A program made the translations under genes and the position numbers. Positions 1-14,134 of a stretch of 64,000 nucleotides of DNA are shown in pieces; positions within the stretch are counted from its first letter, which is position 1, and each line of letters opens with the position of its first letter. Source of the DNA: Pseudovirgaria hyperparasitica. Taxonomy: Eukaryota. Under the pieces are notes generated by a model. It was given only the letters and a program-made list of their open reading frames with translations, was not told where the DNA came from and searched no databases. The stretch is from assembly GCA_010093815.1 (NCBI GenBank), contig ML996566.1; one strand, 5' to 3'.

Positions 1-2525
1 GAGTTGTGATTCTATTGTGTTCCTCGTTGCAAACCTGTACACAATCACGTTGCGCGTCTGTCCGATGCGATGTGCTCGGTCTTGGGCCTGGAGATCTTGC
101 TGCGGATTCCAATCGCTGTCGAAAAGTATTACTGTGTCTGCTGCAGCAAGGTTTATACCTTGTCCACCAGCCCTAGTGCTTAGTAGGAACAGATTGCGAA
201 TATCGTCAGCTTCTGTATCCTTAGTCGCAGGAGTGTTGAAAGCCTTGATTTGTGCATGCCGTTCCGACTGTGGTATACTACCGTCTATCCGACAGACAGG
301 CCAACCTCGGAGGGCAGTGGCATACATTTCCAAGAGGTCGAGTTGGGTCTTGAACTGACTAAAGATCAAAACCTTGTGTCCCCGGTCAAATAGTGCTGTT
401 AGAAGGCTGTCAAGTAGGTGCATTTTGCCCGAAGATGTGACTAAGCTTTCGTCCGGGACTATGTCTCCATCATCCGAAGCTCTCGCCAGAAATGGATTAA
501 AGAAATTATAAGGGCTGTTGCAGCAAAGCCGTAATTGCATCACCGGGTTCTGCAGCTTTTTTAATGCTATCTGTCGCTTTGCCAACTGAAGATTCTCTGC
601 CTGTATCCGTTCGTCTTCGTCCTGGGACTCCTCGGGATCAGACGCCGGGGTATCGTTGGCTTCGTCTTCGAGAGATGCGAAGTAGGCCCGGTCACTGACT
701 TCTTCATAGCTCTTGCGTGCGGCTTTTCGACGACTGCGTGCACTCATGGTGGAGGCTGGCGTAGCTTCACGGCTTGACTTGACGCTCTTGCTTGGCGTAT
801 TAGCTCTACTGTCCCAAAGAGCTTTACGTTTTCGACTTGCGGTGCTCGTAGCACTCTGCGGAGTTGCAGTGCCACTGATGGACTCAAGAGCCTTTTCTTC
901 GAGATATGAGCGTGTAGTACCATCAAGAATGGCCTGGTATAGTTCTCTCTGCATGGGCGAGAGAGGTGCAAACAAGACGTACTCCCGTTTCCTAGGCATC
1001 ATGTTTTCGACATCAGTCTTTACGCGCCGTAGCAAGAACGGCTTCAAGATCGCATGTAGTGAGGAGACTAATTGCTGCTGGCGCTTCTCCGATAGAATTT
1101 CCTGGTAGCCATTACGTTCCTTGAGTGCAGAGAAATCAAACCAGCTCTCGAATGCCTCCAGTTTGTCGAAAATGTTGGGCATCAGGAAATGAAGGAGAGA
1201 CCATAGCTCGGTCAAGTTATTCTGCAGGGGCGTTCCAGTAATCAGTAGTCTGTTGGCAGACTGGTAAGATTGGAGTTCTCTAATCAGTCGACAATTAAGA
1301 TTCTTAATACGGTGTCCCTCGTCCTGATAAAGTTAGTTGACGCGCCTGTAACATAGATGGTTGACATACTATGATGATGAATTTCCAACCAAAGTTCGCC
1401 AGGTGTTTGCGATCATTCATGCAAATTTCATAGCTAGTCACCACTACTGGAAATTTATCCCCTCCTGGACTACTTAGTCGGGTCTTCCTTAGCTCTTCCC
1501 GCTCCTGTTTTGATCCATGATATAGCAACACAGGAATGTCTGGAGTGAACTTATTGAACTCATCGACCCAGTTGCTTGTAGTGCTCAGCGGTGCCGCAAT
1601 TAAGAATGGCCCATAAGAATGTTTCTCTCTCAAAAAAGCTAGAAATGAGATGGTTTGTATTGTCTTCCCGAGGCCCATCTCATCAGCAAGAATGCCATTC
1701 AACCCGTTCTCGTAAAGGGATATAAGCCATTCTAGGCCTTCCAATTGGTAAGACCTCATGGTACCACCGGATACCAAAGCGGGCTGTCTGGCAGACCTGA
1801 GGTTCTGTATGCCTATATCGCTCGTCTTTACATCTGATTCAGCGGCCTGCTGAAGGGCTTCCTTAATATCTTTTTTGCCAGCTTTTGCCTCGACGTCTTC
1901 TCTTTTTAGATAGTCAGATATCTTTCCATAAGGCTTACCCTTTTTCCCAGATCGCCCGCGTTCCTTTGTCTTATTCAGTTTCGACTGCGCATTATTGTCA
2001 ATTTGACTCTCGGGGTCTTCCTGTTTCAGATTGCTTCTGCCCGTTCGCGTTGACCGCCTCTGAGCAGCTGCAGCAATCTCCTCTGCTTTCTCTTCTCTCT
2101 TCTGCGCCCGTTTGCGACCCTTCTCGTCGTTTGCAATCTCCGTTTCTTCTTGCTGTTGCATCTGAGACAACATAATGGTGGAATAAAGCTAGAATTCTTT
2201 GTTAGTGTGTCTACATCGCACCAGTGATCTTTGGGGTTTTCTAGATCTGGACCGCGCACCTTGCTTTGGTTCAAGAGGTACTCCAATGCCTTGAACTTTT
2301 TATCGATTACTTCCTCTCCACCTTGCTTGTCTTCCAGTACTTTCATTTGCATCTTCTCTTCTCGCTTCCTGTCTTCATTCTCGCGACGCTCGCGCATTTC
2401 TTCCTCCTCTTTCACCATACTTTCTGAAATTTCTTTGAAACCCATCTCGAGTGACTCTAGGGCGGCGGCGACGATGCTGGGGTAGATTTGCGCGTGCTTG
2501 AATATGTAATTGAACTGGTAGGCAT
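1..2525 (-). CDS. IRC5: SNF2-family chromatin remodelling helicase of the IRC5/LSH(HELLS)/DDM1 subfamily; C-terminus runs off the left edge
   Basis: YQLEGLEWLISLYENGLNGILADEMGLGKT (motif I), IIDEGHRIKN across an intron, LITGTPLQNNLTELWSLL, FLLSTRAGGQGINL and DSDWNPQQDLQAQDRAHRIGQ in the reverse strand. Two GT-AG introns. Start is ATG 2445 or ATG 2525 (see findings). Confidence 0.92.
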
Positions 2526-3379
2526 AACTCGTGTGATGCTTTATTCCAGATAGTATTACTGCTCAGGCCGCGTAGGCAAACAGTGCGCTTCTGAGAGCCC
2601 GGAAAGAGCTGTGAACGGATGCGCGAAACAATTGACCGTGTAGTCTGAGGTGCACTAGCCCGTCGCGTCGCGTCAAGTGGTGTCGTCATTGCGAGAGATC
2701 CATACATGAGCGCTAAGCGCGTCCACACTAACGCGCTACCGTGGACCCTTGCATTTGGATCTCGATTCTACAGAGTCAGACAGAGTGACGGCTATTTGCG
2801 TGGAGTGAGTGAGTGATCTTCGAACCCTGAATTAGCCATAAGCCAACGCTAATGATAGAAGCATTCATTATATTTGATTCAAATGGCATCACAATGCCCG
2901 TCCTTGCCACCTACCTCAATACACATGCATTATAGCTCAACCCACAAAATATGGTCAACATCAATGTCTAAGCGTACAGGACCTAACCATGGGGAAAGTT
3001 TGGTCGGTCTTCAAATCGCTGGTCGGAGCTATAGACTGCCTGTCAGGTAAATATCGAGTTTGCATGTTATAATAGTCCAGGAGAGCTGTGAAAGCGTGAC
3101 TGTTCGAACCAGACACCAGACGCAATATGACTGACCATTCTAAAAGCAGAGAGAGTAGCCTGATGTGCTGACACCTGAGCAGTAAGCTTCAGCCTGGTTT
3201 TGAACAACTTATCTCCTACGTTTAGACTCTCAAAGCTTATTACCCAACACGCGTTATGAGCTCTGCTGCCTCGGATGGAAGAGCAAGAAAGTGTAGCACA
3301 TTCTCTTCTGATCACATTTATAGCTCGATCATCTGTGCCACCCCAGCTACACCGGACAGATCCTTGCTGCAGACGTTCA

Positions 3380-3895
3380 CAAGGAAGGTCGATGGCTTTC
3401 GCGACACCAGTGAGTCATGGCAGCGTGTAGCTACAATGAAGAGCGACTCAGAAATTGATGGGGAAAACGACGAGCGAGTAATACCTTTAGGACCCTCAGT
3501 ATCCTCATCTATCCTCTCAGCATATTGTCGATAGTATCTGTGACTCATATCGGCGTGTTAAAAAAGGCCGCAGTTCGTCGTCAGACACTCCACCGACCTT
3601 CTTCAGCCGATCAAATCTATCATTCTATGACGCAAAGGCTTCTTCGAGAAGTTTTCTCAACCACATTCTACTTAGTAGATGCCTCGCCCTTAGAAATCAG
3701 GTTTTGAAGATCAGGTGAACTCAGAAGAAGTTTGTGGACTTGACAAGTTTAATGTTGCTATAATTATCACACTTGCGGCCCGTAGACAGGCATCTCCTGC
3801 AAGAAGGCTTTCCTATCACATTTAATACGTACACCTGTAAGATGCATGAGTGAACATCCAATGGGCGAACAGGCCTAGAGACTACATTGCACGAC
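3380..3895 (-). pseudogene. Relic Zn(II)2Cys6 transcription factor gene
   Basis: RIKCD-(frameshift)-GKPSCRRCLSTGRKCDNY at ~3762-3830. C-terminal motif remnant LFIVATRCHDSLV-(frameshift)-KAIDL at ~3385-3445. Stops between them; the middle region appears deleted. Confidence 0.65.
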
Positions 3896-4972
3896 GGTCG
3901 TAAAGGGCCCCCGATCAATCCTTGCTAGGTTCCTTATCAGATTCAGACCATCCCCTTGTATGCCCATTATTGCTAGAGCAGAGGGCTGGGGCCACTTGGG
4001 GTCCATCAACGCTAGTGCACTCTTTTCCCATTGGTTTGTCCGTATACTCTTCTAAGCATAGCGTGATAATGGAATGCCTACTCGGTACAAAAGAAAACAT
4101 TCCAACCAAAAGCACTAGCATGCCTTTGTGGTATTCAGTCCGTATGAGGTCTAACAAGGTCGATTCACTCCATAAAGCAGGAGTCCTCTTTGCTCATTCA
4201 CGGTTATCATTATGACCTGTATATATGAATCGCAAGCCTGCTTGGCAAGTGATGTACAGTGCATGTTTCCTTATAATATGCAGAGCACAAGATTAAGGGA
4301 AGATCCCGATGCTGGTCTAGACTCTAGACCGCTGCCCGATAGCTTCCCCACAGGAGCATCTAAATATAGGATACCGTACGACCTGCCGGCCACCAGCGGA
4401 GACTGCGAATAAGGCTTAATTTCAACCTTAAATCTACTTCAAATGTCCTCTCTATTCAAAGAACCATGTCGTACAAGGTGCAAACACGTGGGAGATGTTC
4501 TTCAGCTTCATGATTAAGAGGCGGCACGGAACATCTCTCTCTGCTCCACATTGACGAGCTTTCACCCGACTTATTGCCTCGGGGCAGCTAGACTCTCTGC
4601 GGCCTGATCTGCGAAATCCAAACAAGTAACGACGCCGCAGAAACCGAGCTGTTACATCTAACGTCGAAATTCCTCGTATGAAGTCAAACAACGCAACATT
4701 GACGGTTTGCCATCGTTGCTTGTCAGCTGATCTCCTACATCCTCTCGGAGCTCGAGTCACGCATTCTCTAGCACACTCTGCGCGTGCGTGTGTGTCTGGT
4801 GCTCCGTGCACAGGTGGTGCTAATTACTTCTATCTATCCATTGCTGTTCTTCGTCAGCTACCACCAATCCCACGAACAAAGTTTACACCGCCCTCGACAA
4901 CGTGCCCCTAGTCTTGTCTTGCGTCGCACTTCAAGGTTATGTTGCTGACTAACCACCGGACCAACTCTTTTC

Positions 4973-6300
4973 ATGGTACCCAGGCGAACGCATAAGAAGT
5001 CGCGCAATGGATGCGTGCAATGCAAGCAGCGTAGGGTCAAGGTAAGTCTCTGTGAGGTCAGGCAACACCAGCTCTCTCATCGTCACCCCCTCAGATCAAA
5101 GCGCGTTTCTCACATTGCATGTAGTGTGACGAGAAAGGGCCCATTTGCCATAATTGCACAAAACGACAGTTACCATGCAGCTTCAAAGACGCGCCTCCAG
5201 AGTCGCCAGTTGACTCGCTATCTGAGAAGAGCGCTGATGTTTCCTCCACGGCCCGGGAGAATCAAGCTACCACTCGACGCTCAACCGTCTTGACAATCAA
5301 TAAACGTCTAATCACCCCGAACGATGCCAACGCAAAACAGGTCCGGTCACTGGAACTGGGACTACTCCACCACTGGACCACCGTCACATATGCGACGCTC
5401 GCGCAGGACCGCTTCGAGCATGGACCCAACATAGAGTACAGACTCTGGCAAATTGACGTTCCCAGAGAGGCCATGAAGCATGAATACCTCCTGAACGCCA
5501 TCCTCGCCGTCGCCGCCCTCCATGTGCTCTCCCTGCCTCCAGAAAAACAATACGTCCCCGTCACCCTCGCCCACGCCATCGAATACCACACCGCATCCTG
5601 CGCCACCCTGCGCTCCGAACTAGCCACCGTCAACGACAAGAACTGCCACGCCGTCTTCGCCTGCTCCATCCTCATGATCCTCTCCGTGCTAGCCCTTCCG
5701 CCGCCCGCCGACGAGCGCACGGGCCATACGTCCTCTCTATCCGCAATCTTCGCCTACACAGACATCCTTACCGGCACCCGTGATGTGCTCTACTCGCTGC
5801 AGGCGCAGCTCATCGAGGGTCCCTTTCGCCGCATGATGGACTACTGGCAGACCCGCTTCGAGTTCCACGCGCGCCCGGACACTAAGGCTGCGATTCAGAT
5901 CTTGCGCGGGCTGAATCACGAGACACATGTCGAGAACAACCCCATCCAGTGCGCGACCAATGCCATGGCCATTGACATTCTCGAGACATGCTTTGCCGAG
6001 CTGGACAATCGTCCGGATTTCGGGGTTAGTATTGCTTGGCTTGGCAGTCTGGACGGGAGCGTGATTGCGAATTTGCAGCGGCATGAGCCGGTCGCGCTGG
6101 CCATGCTGATTTGCTGGGGCGTCATGTTGGAACAACCTAGTCCGATGTGGTTCGTTCATAGGCCCGGAAAAGCTCTTATACAGGAGATTCTCTCGCTGAA
6201 GCTACATGAGGAGAAGAAGTGGACGTTGCTAGTCGCGTGGGCGAAGGACAGAGCAGGCATGGAAACGTCTAGTATTCCGGTGACATGCGAAGCTTCATAA
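4973..6300 (+). CDS. Zn(II)2Cys6 transcription factor, UPC2/sterol-uptake-control-like
   Basis: MVPRRTHKKSRNGCVQCKQRRVK|intron 5042-5124|CDEKGPICHNCTKRQLPC, followed by LELGLLHHWTTVT and YLLNAILAVAALH typical of this class. Confidence 0.9.
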
Positions 6301-6945
6301 GTGAGGATGCCTTTGAATATTTTCTGCAGCTCATTTGTCCATAATAGCTGGCGTTTGGGTAATTTTTAACCAGATCGCATTGGCGTGGGTCACGGACGTC
6401 GTGTTTCCCTTGATAACGACAATGCAACTTATACTACGATACAGACGACACGTCAATATCGTGACATACAGCAACAAGTTCGTCTTGTTAGGATAGAGAT
6501 CATAGGTAGACGAGCAACTTGTCATCATCTCCACATCCCGTGTCGATCCCTGCGCCACAGTCCCTCTCGCCGTTCCTCATCGTGAGTACAAGACTAGTGC
6601 TAAACTTCCATTTGAATGCTGAGTATCCTGTAACCAACATCCAAAACGACGCATATGCGTCTCCTCTTAACGTTCCATGCGAAGGACACACAACCACAAC
6701 ACATTCTAGTGTAAGACAACGTGAACCCCCACGGACAAAACAACGCTAATGGCGATGTGTGAAGAATGAAATGAGCCAAAGCAATGCGACCCTGAGATGA
6801 TTGCGTGTCCGTCATGCCATTCGTGGAGTACAAGTGATAAATATATAGACAGTGAAAAGAATATGGTCAATCATGGTCAGTCAATAAGTGCGCTGCTCTC
6901 GATGACCTATGCGGCGGGATATATGTTAGCAAAAGTCTACTAAGG

Positions 6946-9660
6946 TCACTCGCCGCTGACCATTGCAGAAAGGTTTTTCCACCTCTGCTTTAAGGTTTCA
7001 TTTTCAGCATCCGTCTGATGAAGTCGTTAGTAAATTACTGATAGTGGCGCTCATGGCTGACTTTACCTCAGCATTTCTCATTTTCGACTCAACGAGCGCT
7101 TTCTCTGTTTCTGCCAGCTGTTCTTCCAGCGAACGGTTGCTGTTCTGGACCTCCATGTTACGCGCCATGAGACTATCAAGTTGTGCCTTGAAGCGCTCTT
7201 CAACCTCTTGAGGCTGCTTGTCGACAATCTTCTTCAGCTCGTCGACTTGCCCTTGCAGACTTTCGTTCTCGTCTCGAAGGTTTTCATTCTCAACTTTAGT
7301 CCGTACAAGATCTGAAGCAACCTGCACGTGTTCAATGTCGGCGTTCTCGATTCGACCTTCCAAACTGCGTACGCGCTTCTGGAAATCCGCATTCGTCTGA
7401 CGTAGGTTCTCTAGCTCAGACTCGCGTTCTTTCTCTATGCGCTGTTTCTCGTTCCATTCAGCTGTGTAGACCTTTAGCATCTCGGGTGTGATCTTGATAG
7501 CACATGCGTCCTGTACGAGCGTATCTGCTCTGTATACATCTTTGTCCACACCACCAGCACTGCCAAAGAACCCGGAGTCTAGTAATGAACCAGCATTAGG
7601 CGACTTGTCTATGTATATATCGAAGATGCGTTCTTTCAAGAAGACACTTAGTGAACTCATGTCTTTCATGCCAAGTAACGTTTCGGCATTCTTCTGCATC
7701 AGAACGATGCCGAATTTCAGGATAGCTCCCTCCAAGCCTTCGCTCAGAATCAAATCATAAATTCGCAAGACGAGTTGTAGTGGAAATCGATAAGCAAACA
7801 GAGTGAGAAACCATTGTGTTGCGTAGAGCTGTGGGCTGACACCGCGTCGATGCAGGTGGCAATAAAGTGCAGGCTCAAAATCTTCTAGCAGTCGTTCGAA
7901 TTGATAGAGATGTAGGTGCAAGCCTGGCATATCCTGAATAAACATCTCCCGCAATCCGTACTTGTTCATGAGCTTGACGAGCAGGCAGAATGCTTCTTCC
8001 TCCGTCATATTAAATAAGAGTGGCATTGCAATGAAGTTCATGCCTTGTGCATAGCCAACAGCTTCGTCGAAGAGGGCATAGGCCTTACATACTCCAAAGA
8101 GACCTTCTTGAAGACCCGCAGACATGAGGTATTTCGAATAGCTCGTCCTCGCGCCAAGATCGCGTCGTATCACCTTCTCGAGTTTCATGATTGCAGCCTT
8201 GTCCTCCTTTTGTCTTTTAGACCTTTCTGCCTGTAGCTTTGCGATCGCATCCGCAGCCTGCCCGTCGCTTGAAGAGGGTGAAGCTAGAGGACTTCCTTGC
8301 GCTGTCGATGTCGTGGTGGCCGGAGTGGAATAGTTTGAGTGTATGCTTGAAGCAGACGATTTGATCGAGTCCCCTCGCTCCTTGATACTATGCGTTTGAC
8401 CTGGCAAGCTAACTCTCTCTTTGTCCGTACCTCTAACCACCAGCTCTCTGTACATCGATTCGAGGTCGTCATTCTTGCTTTCAGCCAGCACTTGCCAGAC
8501 CACACCCCGTATAGCCTGTGGAATCCCACTAGCAATGGCTTGGTTCAACTCTTCTGCGCTTGTACGTGCAACCGCCGCCGGGCCTTCGTAGACCACGGAC
8601 TGCCATAAATCCCAGTCGACTGGGGTAGCTTTCCCGACTGTTGGCCCTACACCCATGCCTGCGGCGTTTCCTGGTGCTAGACCCTGTGTCATTGATACTT
8701 GTCTACTTGGGCTATGTGGTCCCGGACTCGATCGGACTCGATGCATCGGCGGAGGCGACCCTTGGTTTTCATCTGCCGTGTTGCCAGGACTTGCCATTCC
8801 GATTCCTACACTCATTGAGCGTCCAATAAGTCCAGCCAAGGCTCCACCATTCTTGTCTGACCCGTGGCCAAGCTCATCGTCCAAAGAGGTAATACCAGCT
8901 TCTTCTCTCATTCGGAGCAATTTAAAGCGGTCTTTCAAGCTATTGCGCCCAGAGCCTTTGGTTGAAGGACTTTCCGATCCTTCACCATCTAATCTGTTCA
9001 CCATAAGCTCGGGATTACTGTTGATAGTATTGATTGACGTCACGGTGCCCGTTCTGTCTCGGGTCGCACTAGTGGGCTGCGTATTCTTGTCGACCTTTTC
9101 TGTACTGGCAGAGTTCCTTGTAAGCCATGAGAATGGACTTGTATATTTACGCGTTGTGGGAGGCGGAGCGATGTTCTCAGATTTAGCTGGCGCAAGAGGG
9201 AGAGGAGGGGGTGGAGGAAATTCATTGATTGGGACCTTCCCGGAGAGGCCTGTGGATGCAACATCCTTGTCGGCCTCCGTTCGAGGCGGCAATGGGGGTT
9301 TAGAGACATGTTCAGAAGTCGTAGGCGTCTTGTTAGAGTCTGTGAGATATAAGTACTCATCATCGCAAGGGGTGCGGCAGACACAGCTGTGCCGCTTACT
9401 ATGCACTTACCTTCGAGATTCACTTCGTCCATACTCCCTACAGATATTCTTTTCGCAGAGCTCTGTGGGCTGGGAGGCGCTTGGCTTTCATGATTCTGCT
9501 CATCTACTCCATCTACGGCTGAGCCCGTAGTCTCACCATAGCTTGAAACAGCGTCCTCATTTTTTTCTTCTCTCGTTGCCGTATCTGCTGAGGTAGATCG
9601 ACTCCTATTGGTGAGGGACCGGCCGGGACTTCGTGTCTGCGTAGAGTTACGATGGCTCAT
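6946..9660 (-). CDS. GYP5: TBC-domain Rab GTPase-activating protein (Gyp5/EVI5-like)
   Basis: GIPQAIRGVVWQ, IRRDLGART, VGYAQGMNF, LYATQWFLTLFAYRFP, then a C-terminal coiled coil. Introns near 9341-9410 and 7016-7066. Confidence 0.92.
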
Positions 9661-10983
9661 ATCAGAGGCATCCTCGAAGTTGTCCTACCCAAGAGCGTAT
9701 TAGCAAACAGACGAGTGACATGCAGCTGTCTGCAACATGAGGGTCAAAGTACCTCGCGATCAGAGCCAGGATCGCTTCGAGGCTCCATGGATATCGTGCG
9801 AGGGGACTATCTAGAAGTAAGGTCAATCGTCGGGTCGGATCTCCTTGCGCTGGTGACCGGACTTGGGACAAAGGAGCTGCACCGTGGCAGATACAGGACT
9901 GTGTGGGAGATATGCAGAGAGATTCTTAGAGAAGGTTAAGGTAGTTCAGGGAGCGACGGACATGCCAGAGGGGAGTGATATGAAGCGAAGAGAAGAGATA
10001 ACTATGGAGCTGCACGCGAGTTTTTTAATTATTGCAGCGGTGGACACTTTTTCCCGGGATAGGGATATGGACGTCCTCTGATGGCACACAAAGCACAAAG
10101 CAACTCAAAGGAAGGGACGGGCCACGCAACACGCATGCTAAAGTTGGCTGGGTGCTGGCGCCTTTGGGGGGGCGGATGGGCATTCGGGAGGGGGTTGAAC
10201 ACCGGGCTGGGCTGGTGGTCTGGTGGGCTGGTGGGCAGGGAAGCCACCCGTTGCGTACCTTACTTGACCGCCACCACTAACACCCTCCTCAATAATAATA
10301 CATGGCACATTCCTGAACAAAACACCACAATAGTCTGGTACTTATCTGGCGTTATGCGAAAGACACGGTGGGCCCAGATTGCGAGAGTAAACGCTGTAAC
10401 CAGAGCGGTTCTGTTATTACATGACTTTTGCTTCAGACTCGTCCGACCTCGAGATCCTCTTTGGCCGCTTTGATATAATTATCTTGACAGCCAGAACTGC
10501 TCACTTGGTTGCAGCTTGCGATCCTGGATTGACCCTGGAAGCGGCAGGTTTACACCCCACTGTTTTGGCGGAGACGTTTCACCCTCCTTCTTTGCACCCA
10601 CCAGTCACGCCTTGTCTCCAGCCACAACTTGCGACGAGCGTCCTGTCTGCCCGGCTGACTGCGGGCCTGTCCAGAATATACGGATTTATCTTGGAAAGCA
10701 ATCTTTCGGCCTGTACCACCTCGCCTGCTTCATGTTATTTGTCCCATAATCCATGCTTCAAATGGGAACGATTACTTTATGCCGTGAAACAAAGGGGTTA
10801 AGGGGCACTACGCTTTTCTGGCGACGGAGCCCCTAGGGAATCCCAACTCCGCAAACGACAACACTTACCACATCCGGTCAAATTTTACTTTGGAAATCTT
10901 TCATTCACCATATGCATTGTGGTCAACTCCTCTAATTGACATGATCTAAGCCAAACAGACACGCCATGTCGACAAGAATTGCC

Positions 10984-13045
10984 TCAGAACCCAGGTCTGA
11001 CCTTCTGTACCCGTTGCACTGGGCCTCCCTTTGCAAACATTCCTGGCATACCAGTCTCTTCTGGCAACGGGACATATGGCTCAGTATGAGTTGAGTTTGC
11101 ACTGCCCTCCGAGCTCAGGTCGGCCGTCACCATCTCGTTGCCGTCTGCAATTGAGAAATGATTAATCGTTCTGTTGAACATGGCCAGACTGGCTTCAGGC
11201 TGGTAGTACGGTACAAGATGACCAGCTTCGTATATTCTCAGGAATGAGAAGTTACCGTACTGTCTGACTGCACCATATTCGACGCCATTGACAGTAAAAG
11301 GCTCGTATCCAGCCGCGGTGAATTGTTTACTGTGCGTGTAGTTCACGGCCAAGGATATTGCTTCTCCACCAAACCAGTTACAGATGTACTAATGGACAAG
11401 GTCAGACATATATTCAGGGAGCATGAAGAACTGCTTACATCAGCGTCACCGTAGTACAATGCTACGCGCACACCAGCATCGAGAAGCATCTCAAGGTCTT
11501 CAATGAAGTTTGGATAAACAAAATCTGCATCGTTGTGAGTAGAGCGCAAAGACAACTGTGCCCATAGAGTCTTACCTCCAGTCTGCTGGAAGGCCCAGTA
11601 CACCTCGCTATTGCTAGATGTGTAGTTCAGATTGACTCCGAGTGCATCTTGGACTTCCGGCTGGTTCAAATACTCGGGGAAGTAGCCTGCGGGTTCAGGA
11701 TCGTCAAGTGGATGACGAATGTCGTAGACACCCCGGTTTCCGACAGCATAGTACGGTCCCTCGACATTATCACGGCACATTGATTGCGCCTCACTGCAGA
11801 TAGCCTGATCTGATAGCGTGGTGCGGTTGGTAGTTCTACAAGCCTTGACTTGGTCCAGACATCCCATTCCAGGCATATTCAGAGCAAACTTCATGTAATT
11901 ATACACAGTGTCGTTGATGGCTTTGATTCCGTATGTATTGTTCGTGGCGAACTCTGGATAGTAGGGTGCTTGAATTAGCTCGTCAATTATACCGTTACCG
12001 ATCTAGATCTCGATTAGCTGCCCGATTGTACGCTTCAACGTTTGAGACATACCCCAAGACTGTTCAGGTTCAGCTCGACGCCTTCTACGGTACCGTCGGA
12101 GATCAGCTGGTTCTGCTCGTAGAAGTAGTTGTAGAAAGCAGGTCTAGCAGACAGTCAGTAGTGTCAACAACATTCGTCAGGGCGTAGTGAAGCTCACCCA
12201 TAGTGGCCACCATAAGACTCTGTCCAGAGATTGAACACTTTCGATGTGATTGTCGAGGCAAGTTGAGGCAGTCCGCTATAAAAACCCTGGAGAACATGAT
12301 AGGCAGCCACGGCAGAGAGATCTGTGGTGTCGAGCAGTTGTGCGTCAATGACAGGATACCTTCCGGTGACATCCTGCACGGTAGAATTGACAAAAGCTCC
12401 AGTGAATTCATCATACGAGCCTGCTTCTGCTTCCGAGTACGAGTATCCTACACCCAGGGGCTGCGAAAGGAAGAGTAAGTTCGAAAATGCATTCCACGAG
12501 TAAGGATTCAAAGCTGTTTCGAGATCTTCTGTTACATTGCAAGGGCCAAGTTCTGTATAGCGTGTCAACGATATGCACCGCAGCCAGTGTTGATGAGACT
12601 ATTCACCTTGAAAGAGCCCGATCAAAGAATCGCTTCCCGGTCCTCCGTTGAGCCAAAGAGTAATTGGATCGTTTGCGGGATCATTTCTGCTCTCGAAGAA
12701 CCAAAAGAAGGTCTAGCACAGCGTCAGTCAAGTCCTAGCAGGGGATTGAACTCCATACGTGGGCATTAGGCGCAATGTCGATGTAACCAGCATATGAATT
12801 CACTCCTTGAATGAATGGGTAAGTATGTCACGGTCCCTTTGGTGCTCTTGCTGACCTTCAGTAGTCTCGCAAACACCAGCTTCTCCTGGATGTTTGTATC
12901 GTATTTGCACACCAGTGGGGGTAGTAATAGTCTTCACGCCAGTCGCATTTGCGGGTAGCTGTCTGGCACCGAGAGGAAGCTTGATGAACGCGTCGATTGG
13001 CGATGCCAGAAGCGCAAACACCGTAATACCAAGTTTCCCTAGCAT
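10984..13045 (-). CDS. Secreted serine carboxypeptidase, family S10 (carboxypeptidase S1-like)
   Basis: Signal peptide, [32 protein letters not shown] (nucleophile Ser), [18 protein letters not shown] (catalytic His). Multiple introns. Confidence 0.93.
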
Positions 13046-14134
13046 ATTTTCGACACAATCAGGCTCTTGTTGGAAGACACACCAAGCATTTAGACTCCGG
13101 CAATCGGCGACTGTTCATCCTTTTAAAGCTGGGTCCGCTGCTGTTCTACTATGTTGCCTCCGCACATCAATCCTGGTAGCAGAAAAGTTCCTGCATTTGG
13201 ATCCTTTCAACAATTTGGGTAGCGTATCATAAGCCCAACCCACCAGCGGATATGCCATCCTAGACCAAGAATGTCAAGTGTCAAGGGCGCATCCAAGCAT
13301 CAAATCCTGCAGGCCCTAGAAATGATAAGCTTCCTGCAAGGCCTTGGTGAACAGGAAGTGCTAGGCAAGGCCGAAAGAGGAAGGTGAAGTAGCCGACGGA
13401 CAGGAAGAAGCTGCGGCGTAGGTTCCGGTTGGCGCGGATGCCAAGTCAAAGAGGCCGAGAACGGGTCGTAGATGTTGATTTTGACGTCGATGTGTTCTAT
13501 CGATTACGGGGAGATTTGCGGTGTAATATCGCCATTGCGCCTATGAAATGCATCCCGCCATCCACGTTCCACGAGCCTTGGGAGGCGGGGGCAAGGCAAG
13601 CAAGGTAACTGTTTTGCGGGAGCTCTGTACGTAGTAACAGTACTTAAAGGCGGATGAGATGTTAGATCCTAGGTCTCAGTATTGTCGACATGATTGCTAG
13701 TCGCACTGAGCCCACGGTCGAAGACAAAGGTGATCATGCGAAGTCCTTGGAACTCCCTCTTTCTCCACGACTTTGTGCGAGTCCATCTAAAGAATGGAAC
13801 TTGAGAGTTGCCTGTATGATAGATCTATCGATTCAATCCACATGTGCTGATGTCGAATGACATATCAAAATTTTAGATTAACATAATATAATAACAATAA
13901 TTATTGAGCTTTCGACCCATCCATTTTTAGCTAGACTCGCCTCCTGTCTACTTCCGACGCTAGGTTCGCGGGCGGCTCTGCTATCAGTCTCCCAATACCA
14001 CCAGTCAGTCGGACGGGGTAGTTCCAATGGTCCCTCAATATTACGACTTTTCATGTACGCGTTCTGAAATGAGGCTATGATGGTCTCGAGATTACAAACT
14101 AAGCTCACATCGGTCTATTGGTTCTTACCTCGCC

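Noticed and set aside
2457..2462. CCC-TAG as an antizyme-like +1 programmed frameshift site
   Set aside because: The downstream helicase frame is -1, not +1, and there is no slippery heptamer.
4314..4330. Perfect inverted repeat ggtctaga-c-tctagacc
   Set aside because: 8-bp arms, isolated, compatible with chance.
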